A model generated the notes under the pieces. The model had not been told where the DNA came from. It saw only the letters and a list, made by a program, of their open reading frames with translations, and ran no database searches. The translations under genes and the position numbers were made by a program. From a virus, in the IMG/VR virus record IMGVR_UViG_3300048060_000074: a DNA stretch of 23,752 nucleotides; one strand, 5' to 3'. Shown piece after piece: positions 1-6,767 of this stretch. Position 1 is the stretch's first letter, and every line of letters starts with the position of its first letter.

Positions 1-52
1 CTTTGCACACCGATGTCATCAAGTTTACGGTGGAAGACAACCTGTTTCCGCC

Positions 53-81
53 TTGACATATAGCGTGGTATATGCTATAAT
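53..81 (+). promoter_or_regulatory. Consensus sigma70/sigmaA promoter with extended -10
   Basis: TTGACA at 53-58, 17 bp spacer, TG at 73-74, TATAAT at 76-81. It lies inside an imperfect inverted repeat at 53-86 (TTGACAT-ATAGC...GCTATA-ATGTCAA). Confidence 0.85.
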
Positions 82-118
82 GTCAACATAAGAGCCTAGT
101 AGTCGTAGTCGCGAACTG

Positions 119-157
119 AAGGGCCGGGAGTGCATTCTCCCGGCCCTTTTTTGTTTT
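119..157 (+). terminator. Intrinsic terminator T1
   Basis: 10 bp GC stem GGGCCGGGAG (121-130) / CTCCCGGCCC (137-146), 6 nt loop, then TTTTTTGTTTT. Confidence 0.85.
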
Positions 158-164
158 CTGCTCA

Positions 165-180
165 TTTTACACGTATAAAA
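165..180 (+). repeat. 16 bp quasi-palindromic motif, copy 1 (TTTTACACGTATAAAA)
   Basis: Exact match to copies at 4846-4861 (rc), 12487-12502 and 21144-21159 (rc). Sits directly before the GGAG RBS of the protease gene. Confidence 0.9.
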
Positions 181-190
181 TGGAGTCCAA

Positions 191-1438
191 GTGCCAAAAA
201 TCTTAGATGATTGTGTCCAGTCTGTACTGAATGGCTGGCGCGAGAAACCAAAGAGTGCACCAAAGCGCAACAAGTCTGGCAAGCCAGTAAAGACGGAGCA
301 AGATCGTCGCTCGGTCGCGACAGCCATGTGTACCTCAAGCCTTCAAAAGGCCGGCAAGATGGAGTACGACGACGACGAGTATTACTTCTCTGAAGACGTG
401 GACTCTGCGAACCCGGCGATGACAGGTCTCGCTTTCACGAACAAGCCGTACATCCAGGGACTAGAAGAGATGTCCTTCGTGGATGGCAACGGCGAGCCGT
501 GGGCCGAAAACGCTGGCGCGAAGCTACTCAAGATACCTCTTCTTCTTCTCGGCAAATGGAAACACCGTCGAGGGATCCTCAATTTCACTAGCGGCTTTGT
601 CAGCAAGATGATCGAGAATTTCGCCAGTGGTGTTGTTGGCAATAAAATCTCTGCTGACGCCAGGCATATGCCCGGTGTTAGTGGGGCGCTTGCCTGGGTT
701 AGCAAGTTGTTTCAAGAAACCAGGATGGACGGCAAGGAGCAGGTATCTGTCATCGCGGCCCCGACAACCACTGGGCAGCAATTAGTAGAGGAACAGCGAT
801 TCCGTTACGGGTCAATTGAGTTCGTCCCCAACTTTAAGCGCCGACAGATCGTCGAGGCGCTTTCGATGGACGGCATTCAAGGCCCGTATGTCGAACTGGA
901 ATCTTGTCCAATAGATCAATCGGAATTTGAAGATTTGTTTGAGGAGGCAACTACTATGCCTGAGGATCAAGACCAGGTCTCCCTGGATGATTTCAACACC
1001 CTGAAGGATCAGGTTACACAACTGACCGCTGCATTGACTGCTGAACAGGCCACCGTGCGGGGGCTTCGCGTGCGGACAGCCAAGCAATTCGTCGAGGGCC
1101 TTATTATGAAGGCTGAGGCGTATCGTGATGGCGATGGACGCGGGCACTCCAAGGTGTTTCTGGACTGGATGAACAGCATCCTGCTATGCCAGCCAGTCGG
1201 AGAAGGTGACGAGTCGATCTCCCTGGAGAACAAGAACGAGGTCGCCGACGTTCACGCGTATTATCGGCGAGGGATTGCGTGGCTTGCGAACAATGTGCCC
1301 GGAGCAGGCCCCAGCCTGAACCCGCCAGTAACGCAGCCCGACAAGGATCGTCCAGTAAACGACTTGTCCGTCGAACTCGAGCTCGACGAAGATGACATGC
1401 GCGAGCTCGACGACGTGTGGGCCATGGCGGCGGCTTAG
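191..1438 (+). CDS. Prohead protease/scaffold, Mu gpI-like (apparently circularly permuted)
   Basis: GTG start after GGAG. Motifs GKWKH..G, MIENF, ISADARH, ALAWV, FRYGSIEF and GLAFTNKPYIQGL resemble Mu-like I proteases. Acidic/coiled-coil C-terminal half; lies upstream of the decoration and capsid genes. Confidence 0.75.
   Translation: MPKILDDCVQSVLNGWREKPKSAPKRNKSGKPVKTEQDRRSVATAMCTSSLQKAGKMEYDDDEYYFSEDVDSANPAMTGLAFTNKPYIQGLEEMSFVDGNGEPWAENAGAKLLKIPLLLLGKWKHRRGILNFTSGFVSKMIENFASGVVGNKISADARHMPGVSGALAWVSKLFQETRMDGKEQVSVIAAPTTTGQQLVEEQRFRYGSIEFVPNFKRRQIVEALSMDGIQGPYVELESCPIDQSEFEDLFEEATTMPEDQDQVSLDDFNTLKDQVTQLTAALTAEQATVRGLRVRTAKQFVEGLIMKAEAYRDGDGRGHSKVFLDWMNSILLCQPVGEGDESISLENKNEVADVHAYYRRGIAWLANNVPGAGPSLNPPVTQPDKDRPVNDLSVELELDEDDMRELDDVWAMAAA
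956..1438 (+). CDS. Nested in-frame scaffolding protein (internal start), 160 aa
   Basis: GAGGAGG at 941-947, 8 nt before an in-frame ATG at 956 (MPEDQDQVSLDDFNTLKDQVTQLTAAL, coiled-coil). Analogous to Mu I/Z and lambda C/Nu3. Confidence 0.6.
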   Translation: MPEDQDQVSLDDFNTLKDQVTQLTAALTAEQATVRGLRVRTAKQFVEGLIMKAEAYRDGDGRGHSKVFLDWMNSILLCQPVGEGDESISLENKNEVADVHAYYRRGIAWLANNVPGAGPSLNPPVTQPDKDRPVNDLSVELELDEDDMRELDDVWAMAAA

Positions 1439-1453
1439 CCTAAGGAGGGCAAC

Positions 1454-1843
1454 ATGCCTTACAGAACGACAAGAACGCACAGGCAACACCACGAGGTGGT
1501 GCGCGACCTGCACGTCTCCAGGCTCGCCAGCCGGCTATTCGATTCGAGCTATCTGGCTACGAATGCGTACCAAGAGAAGTACGCATACGCGGGGATGATC
1601 GTCGCGCTGGACTCTGCCACGTCAAAGTATGTGCCCTACTCGGTTGCGGCCAGTTACGGCACTGGGTCCGATACCGCAATCGGGCTTCTGGTAGAACCAG
1701 AAGATATGACCTGGGGCGACAAGGCCATCGCGCCGGCGTGGCACTTTATCGCTGTAGAACAGTACTGCTTCGTCTACGGCTCGGCTATCGGTACTATACC
1801 GGCAGCCGTCAAAACCGCTCTAGACAACAGCGAGTGGACATAG
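1454..1843 (+). CDS. Head decoration protein (lambda gpD-like)
   Basis: 129 aa, between protease and capsid genes. AGMIVALDSATSKYVPY...GTGSDTAIGLL pattern is typical of decoration proteins; AAGGAGG RBS. Confidence 0.7.
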   Translation: MPYRTTRTHRQHHEVVRDLHVSRLASRLFDSSYLATNAYQEKYAYAGMIVALDSATSKYVPYSVAASYGTGSDTAIGLLVEPEDMTWGDKAIAPAWHFIAVEQYCFVYGSAIGTIPAAVKTALDNSEWT

Positions 1844-1852
1844 GAGAGTAAA

Positions 1853-3052
1853 ATGGCAACTTTTCCAAACCCTTTCACCCGCGTATGGATGGATGCGGCG
1901 ATTGAGCGTAGGCCGACCAGACCTATGATCAAGCAGGGCTATTTGTGGACAAAGTATTTTCCCATGAAAACCGTGTACGACTTTGAGTTGACCTGGGACT
2001 ATATCCAAGCAGCCAACCCGCTTGCGGGACTGTATTCCCACGACGGTGTGCCGATTCCTGGGACCGACACGGACTATGAGCAAAGGCTCGTAGACATCTC
2101 CCACGTCATGGCGAGCAGGACAATCAACCAAAACACCGTGATGAAACTCCGTCAGGCCGGCGAGCTACGCATGAGCAGCGGAAACAGCCTGGTGAAGAGT
2201 ATTCGCCAGCGATATCTTGGCAAGGTCGCCGAAAAGTTGGCATCGTGCCAGGACGAGGTCGATGGTACGATGGAGTACCTGTCCATGGCCGCGCTCCAGG
2301 GCTCGATTGCCTGGCCGCCGACCACCGCAGCCGGTGGCGCAATCGCCAACCCGCCTGCCTCCTGGGGCAACATCGCATTCACCCTTAGCATGGGCTTCCG
2401 GGCCAATTTTGTCCAGGATGTCTCTACTCTCGTCGGTTGGAATAGCAAGGCCGGAGCTCAGGTTATCTGGAGCACTGTCGCGACCGCCAACCCGATCAAG
2501 GACTTCCAAGTCATCCGGGAGCTTATCAACAAGACCACCGGGCTTAGCGCCAGGAATGCGACTGTCATCATGGGTTCTGACATCTTGAGCCTTATGGCAG
2601 AGAACACCGAGGTCCTAAGGTGGATCCGTGGAACGCAGGGGCCGGCAATCGAGTCGACCCAGAAGTTCATCGACACAAACCTGCTAGAGGACGCCCTGAA
2701 GACCAGGCTCGGTTGGAACATCGAGACCTACGACGCGAGATGGACCTACCCGACGGCCAGCACGCTTGGCTCCGAGTCCGGCGTGACCCACAACCTGATC
2801 GAGTTTTTGAAGACGGGCAAGGTAATCATCATCCCGGAAGGCGCGCTGAGTGACGGGTACTCGTATATGGCGTCGGCCCCAGACATGGCGGGCAATATGG
2901 CGAGCGGCAAAGACCCGGATTCGGGCGGTCTGTACACCTGGTCGAAGCAGATGGACGTACCCCCGTGGACTGCGGTGATGGGCGTTGGATGCCACTGCTT
3001 CCCGATACTCAAGACAGTCGAGGAAATATTCGTCTTGGACGTCTTGAACTAG
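1853..3052 (+). CDS. Major capsid protein (lambda gpE-like, HK97 fold)
   Basis: 399 aa, follows the decoration gene. LWTKYFP, EYLSMAALQGSI, WST..TANPIKD, IETYDARW and C-terminal FPIL..VEEIFVLDV match the Phage_cap_E pattern. Confidence 0.85.
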   Translation: MATFPNPFTRVWMDAAIERRPTRPMIKQGYLWTKYFPMKTVYDFELTWDYIQAANPLAGLYSHDGVPIPGTDTDYEQRLVDISHVMASRTINQNTVMKLRQAGELRMSSGNSLVKSIRQRYLGKVAEKLASCQDEVDGTMEYLSMAALQGSIAWPPTTAAGGAIANPPASWGNIAFTLSMGFRANFVQDVSTLVGWNSKAGAQVIWSTVATANPIKDFQVIRELINKTTGLSARNATVIMGSDILSLMAENTEVLRWIRGTQGPAIESTQKFIDTNLLEDALKTRLGWNIETYDARWTYPTASTLGSESGVTHNLIEFLKTGKVIIIPEGALSDGYSYMASAPDMAGNMASGKDPDSGGLYTWSKQMDVPPWTAVMGVGCHCFPILKTVEEIFVLDVLN

Positions 3053-3064
3053 ACGAGGCGGACC

Positions 3065-3667
3065 ATGCCACCGACCACACCGTACAGCACGTCGAAACAG
3101 GCTGCGTACCTGCTCAAGACGATGTTTAGAAACACTCGTCCTGGGCCGAGCACGCCTGTGACCGATGAGGAGTTCACGCAGATGATACAGTGGTGCGACA
3201 GTGTCATCGACATGAACTTTTCATCGGTTGGTTACATCGTGCCGTTTGCGACGCTGTCCGGCGAGACGTGGCCGACGCATCAGACCAACTGGACGGCATA
3301 CCTCAGCGCGGTATCGGCTGCTGCGATGGCGGGGGGCTACATTCTCGCCCCCGCCCCTGCGATGATGCCCAGCCAGGTACGAGGCGGACAGAACATCTAT
3401 GCCTCGATGATCAACCAGTTTTTCGTGTCGATAGGGAAGCACGGGTACCACTTTCGCGCGCAGTACTATCGAGGTACGAAAGCAGAAAAGTGGCTGACCA
3501 CGCCGCAGGGCCCAAGAACTGACTTTATGTCGGACTATCTCGACCCGACCAGGTATGAGTTGCTGAGTGCTTACACGGACCGCATCGTGGAGCTTTTTGG
3601 CGATGTGGGTGACCTGGACATCGAGTGGGATTACCTTTACTCGTTGAGATCTGTGAGTGCGTCCTGA
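3065..3667 (+). CDS. Head-tail adaptor (Mu gp36/DUF1320-like)
   Basis: Directly after the capsid gene; N-terminal YST...STPVTDEE..QMIQWCDSVID...VGYIVP pattern. Confidence 0.55.
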   Translation: MPPTTPYSTSKQAAYLLKTMFRNTRPGPSTPVTDEEFTQMIQWCDSVIDMNFSSVGYIVPFATLSGETWPTHQTNWTAYLSAVSAAAMAGGYILAPAPAMMPSQVRGGQNIYASMINQFFVSIGKHGYHFRAQYYRGTKAEKWLTTPQGPRTDFMSDYLDPTRYELLSAYTDRIVELFGDVGDLDIEWDYLYSLRSVSAS

Positions 3668-4224
3668 TGAAGGTGCTTAAAGACGCCTTTCCAAGGCTGC
3701 AAAGATGGATCATGCGTGTCCAGGAACGCAAGGTCGATAAGGAGTATGAAGCTGCCGTTGAGGGGCTTGACGTCTTGATGGATACCGTGCGAGAATTTCA
3801 ACCTATCGGGCAGCTTGACCCACTTGTTATCGGGGGTTGGGCAACAAACCCGAATAGACATGAACGGCCCAGCATCCGGCAAGGTCTTGTTCCTATAGAG
3901 TTTGGGTGGCACTATGAGGCTGAGCGAACTGACCGTGGTGCCGAAATGCACATATCGTCTGAGTCGGAACACATTTCTCTATTCACATACTGGACTGGAA
4001 GATCATACCTTGGAATTCGTCCTGGCGCGGCCCAAGTAGCGTCGAACCCGCCAAGAACTCTGGCCTTCTGGAGTGGAGGGCCAAGATTTCCGAGATCGAC
4101 TGCGCCGCATGGATTTGAAGTAGAAACCGACTTTATGCAAGACGCCTTCGACAGCTCTCGCCGCGATATGAGACGGTCGGCCAGGAGGAAGCTGCGAGAG
4201 TTGTTGGTAGAGGTTCGTCTGTGA
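3667..4224 (+). CDS. Putative neck/tail completion protein
   Basis: Start reassigned to ATG 3667, which overlaps the upstream TGA. Position and basic C-terminus (DFMQDAFDSSRRDMRR) resemble HK97 gp10/Mu gpG-type proteins. Confidence 0.45.
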   Translation: MKVLKDAFPRLQRWIMRVQERKVDKEYEAAVEGLDVLMDTVREFQPIGQLDPLVIGGWATNPNRHERPSIRQGLVPIEFGWHYEAERTDRGAEMHISSESEHISLFTYWTGRSYLGIRPGAAQVASNPPRTLAFWSGGPRFPRSTAPHGFEVETDFMQDAFDSSRRDMRRSARRKLRELLVEVRL

Positions 4225-4766
4225 ACGAAGACGCCGCCGTGCAGGCAGTGTACACAGTCATTAACGCCAACGAGGCAACGCTTATATCAGGATTGCTATC
4301 TGGCGGTACACTGAGGGAGGTGTCACACCTCACGCCAACAATACTCTACACGCCGGCTGCGTACTATGCGGTTGGGGTGCACTGTGAGAGGGCCAGGGAG
4401 CACGATCATCCAGGACTCGCCAACGTGACCAGCACGGCGAACTCGCCGGACTATGTGGAATATCCTATGCTCGTCCGGGTAGCGGACGCCGTATATTCAG
4501 AGCCAAACGAGGATATTCCATACGACGTAGCACACTCGAATTTTCGCAAGTTCACAGATAGGTTAGTGCGGCTGCTGCGCGAGACGACGGTGTGGTTCCC
4601 GGATGCGGCGACGCGACCGAGGTTCCGAGTTAAGGAAGATCGCACTCTAGGCAAAGTGTTCGAGAAAAATAACGTCGCACCGTTCATAGAGACGGATGCC
4701 TATGTGTTGGGCGCGGAGATCAGGTTTGTTCTGGTAGACTGGTGTTCAGACAGTAGCCTGATCTAG
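4221..4766 (+). CDS. Putative tail terminator protein
   Basis: 181 aa, GTGA overlap with the upstream gene, located just before the tail tube gene; alpha/beta pattern. Confidence 0.45.
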   Translation: MNEDAAVQAVYTVINANEATLISGLLSGGTLREVSHLTPTILYTPAAYYAVGVHCERAREHDHPGLANVTSTANSPDYVEYPMLVRVADAVYSEPNEDIPYDVAHSNFRKFTDRLVRLLRETTVWFPDAATRPRFRVKEDRTLGKVFEKNNVAPFIETDAYVLGAEIRFVLVDWCSDSSLI

Positions 4767-4999
4767 TGGGCGACTGGACACTGGTTCAGTCAAGCAGGCG
4801 GTATGGGGAATGGAGTTATCAGTCCCCCACTGACGGAGAAACGTATTTTATACGTGTAAAACCGCCAGAATGGATTCCCTCGGCAGACATACCAAAGCTG
4901 ATGGAAAGACGAGAGATCGGATGCTGCGGGGATGCACCGATTACTGTGATCGAGATCGTTAGACCAACGGTGGACCAAATGAGGACAAAGCCTGGGTAG
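4766..4999 (+). CDS. Small hypothetical protein (77 aa, IGCCG motif)
   Basis: Fills the gap between terminator and tube genes with a TAG/GTG overlap; contains motif copy 2. Confidence 0.55.
   Translation: MGDWTLVQSSRRYGEWSYQSPTDGETYFIRVKPPEWIPSADIPKLMERREIGCCGDAPITVIEIVRPTVDQMRTKPG
4846..4861 (-). repeat. 16 bp motif, copy 2 (inverted, intragenic)
   Basis: TTTTATACGTGTAAAA on +, the exact reverse complement of copy 1. Confidence 0.9.
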
Positions 5000-5024
5000 G
5001 TTTGCCGACAAGGAGTAGACAAAA

Positions 5025-5663
5025 ATGGTAGGAACATATCTTACGCCTACGGCACCAGTGGCGACGACAACTATGCTCATGAAGCCAGAGACCGCTGTTT
5101 TGGTTGGTACTGCCAACCAGTACGGGTCGCTTGAGACCTCAAGCTGGGTCTATGCCACCTACGGCGTGTCCATCGGGCTATCGGCCTCGTTCCAGATGGG
5201 GATCCTGAGCGAACTGACCTTTGCCCATGTGCCGGCGTTTGAGGCCGTCGAGTCATACAATGTGACTGACAATTCGGTGTATGAGGTCACTGGCGAGGAG
5301 ACCACGGCCACGGTTGGCATACGGCAGTTCGATTACCGCGTGATCGAGCTCGCTTTGGGTACAGGAACTCGAATTATGCTTGGCGCGGCGGAAGCAGTCT
5401 ACCCATTCGGCGGTGGCTGCACAATGATTCAGCGTCCGTACTCTCTAGAGTTCACCAACGAGTCATGTTCTGCGCCTAGCGCCCAGGACATCACCGTGGG
5501 GATCACCGGCGGCTGTATCACCCTGTACGATTGCTTCATATCGTCCGGGCTAGAGTGGGCCATGACCGCCAAGGAGGGGTCTGCCGTGACGCTGGAGTTG
5601 ACGGCGCTGCCGATTTTGGCGAGGGTGAGAGGCCGCAGGCTTGGCTGCCTTTACATCTATTAG
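5025..5663 (+). CDS. Major tail tube protein
   Basis: 212 aa, beta-rich; strong AAGGAG RBS; upstream of the chaperone and tape measure genes. C-terminal ITLYDCFISSGLEWAMTAKEGSAVTLELTAL resembles siphovirus tube proteins. Confidence 0.75.
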   Translation: MVGTYLTPTAPVATTTMLMKPETAVLVGTANQYGSLETSSWVYATYGVSIGLSASFQMGILSELTFAHVPAFEAVESYNVTDNSVYEVTGEETTATVGIRQFDYRVIELALGTGTRIMLGAAEAVYPFGGGCTMIQRPYSLEFTNESCSAPSAQDITVGITGGCITLYDCFISSGLEWAMTAKEGSAVTLELTALPILARVRGRRLGCLYIY

Positions 5664-5715
5664 TATTGATACGCCCCAACAGGGGCAACTCTGGTAAACT
5701 GAAAGGATTTGTGTA

Positions 5716-6186
5716 ATGCCCGGGTCAGAACCAGTTGTAATTACGCTTGGAACGAGAAAGGTCATATTAAAACCGCCGCTAGGCATGAAGTCGTTCAGGA
5801 TGATGCCAAAGATCCTGAGGCTTCTGTCAGAGTGGGTTTACGCCGCCATACAGGCCGGCATTCCCCTTCACAAATGGTTTTTGGAAGGGGAAATTGGCCA
5901 GATTGAGGCCGGCAACACACTCAGGGCGGTTTTGTTCATCTCCGAGAAGATGGACGAGCAATGGGACATCATCTCCAAAGAAATCGTCCCGTTCCTGTTG
6001 CAGTGCAATATCAAGGCACTTGATGAAGCTACGCCGAAAGAGATCATGGGATCTTTGTGGACATCTTTGAGTTTCCACGCTCCCTATGTGTTTGGCGAGG
6101 ATACCTCTGAGGCCCTAAAAAAATTGGTCGTCGCGGAGGAGGTCGAGACTCCGCAAGCGGACGAACCGATGATGGATTCGACCTAG
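5716..6186 (+). CDS. Tail assembly chaperone (gpG-like)
   Basis: Between tube and tape measure genes; contains slippery CTA AAA AAA TTG near its 3' end. Confidence 0.7.
   Translation: MPGSEPVVITLGTRKVILKPPLGMKSFRMMPKILRLLSEWVYAAIQAGIPLHKWFLEGEIGQIEAGNTLRAVLFISEKMDEQWDIISKEIVPFLLQCNIKALDEATPKEIMGSLWTSLSFHAPYVFGEDTSEALKKLVVAEEVETPQADEPMMDST
6117..6167 (+). other. Programmed -1 ribosomal frameshift site with 3' stem-loop
   Basis: A7 run at 6117-6123 in A AAA AAA phase. The -1 frame is closed by TGA at 6108-6110, then open to TAA 6680. Hairpin GCGGAG (6133-6138) / CTCCGC (6149-6154) follows. Confidence 0.8.
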
Positions 6187-6680
6187 AGAGGTCGGTCGCG
6201 CTGGTCTGTAGGCACTTTAACCTGTCCGCAGACTATGTCTATGACAAGCTGGAATGGGTTCGCTGGATCAGGATGCTTGCAGTCGCGCTCGACTTGCAAG
6301 AGCTCGAGGAGTACCATTTTTGGATACTCAGCCAGCAGGATCCAAAAAAGTTTCAGTGGTCATCGAGTGACCATGCAGGCACGCAGCCTCTAGACAAAAA
6401 GCCTGTCAACGAGCAAATTCTGGCGTTTGGGCAAGCACTCGCCGGGGGGAACGCCGCCGCACAGGTCAGAAGTGATATCTGGGAGTATGGCAAGGTGCGG
6501 GGCGCAGGGCAGGTGTTTGAGGCAATGAAGTGGGATGAGGTTACTGGTCAGCAGATCGGCATAGTATACATAGACCAGGACGGGGCGGAAGTGGATGTTT
6601 CGGGATACGTACTCGTCAAAAGTAACCACGAAGAGGCCCGTGCGAAGGCTAGTAGTGTGTTTGAAAACCTGAGGGCCTAA
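6123..6680 (+). CDS. Frameshift extension of the tail assembly chaperone (gpGT-like, about 321 aa fusion from 5716)
   Basis: The -1 frame reads IGRRGGGRDSASGRTDDGFDLERSVALVCRHFNLSADYVYDKLEWVRWIRML and continues into the listed 6273-6680 ORF. Confidence 0.75.
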   Translation: MGRRGGGRDSASGRTDDGFDLERSVALVCRHFNLSADYVYDKLEWVRWIRMLAVALDLQELEEYHFWILSQQDPKKFQWSSSDHAGTQPLDKKPVNEQILAFGQALAGGNAAAQVRSDIWEYGKVRGAGQVFEAMKWDEVTGQQIGIVYIDQDGAEVDVSGYVLVKSNHEEARAKASSVFENLRA

Positions 6681-6697
6681 CGGCCCTTTTTTCTTTT
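6672..6697 (+). terminator. Intrinsic terminator T2 inside the tail operon
   Basis: AGGGCC-TAAC-GGCCCT followed by TTTTTCTTTT; overlaps the GT stop codon. Confidence 0.6.
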
Positions 6698-6767
6698 AAT
6701 TTGGCTATTCCCCCTTGGGGGCTGTCTCACCCGGGCGCAGCCCCCTCGGGGGTAGCAAAAGAAAATC

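Noticed and set aside
1-56. 3' end of an upstream gene (frame 3, LHTDVIKFTVEDNLFPP-stop)
   Set aside because: Too short to confirm the frame or assign a product.
88-120. Leader RNA as a solitary CRISPR repeat (ends ACTGAAG)
   Set aside because: No convincing repeat hairpin, no second copy and no cas genes; resemblance limited to the last few bases.
3625-3666. Listed upstream start of the 199 aa ORF
   Set aside because: Overlaps the previous gene by 43 nt; the coupled ATG at 3667 is more plausible.
3065-5663. Contractile tail, tailocin or gene transfer agent interpretation
   Set aside because: No sheath or baseplate wedge genes; full head genes, a very long tape measure gene and methyltransferases fit a siphovirus.
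5664-5715. GCCCC-AACA-GGGGC hairpin and TGgTAAACT after the tube gene
   Set aside because: 5 bp stem without a U-tract, and the TTGATA box is 23 bp from the -10-like box; too weak to call a terminator or promoter.
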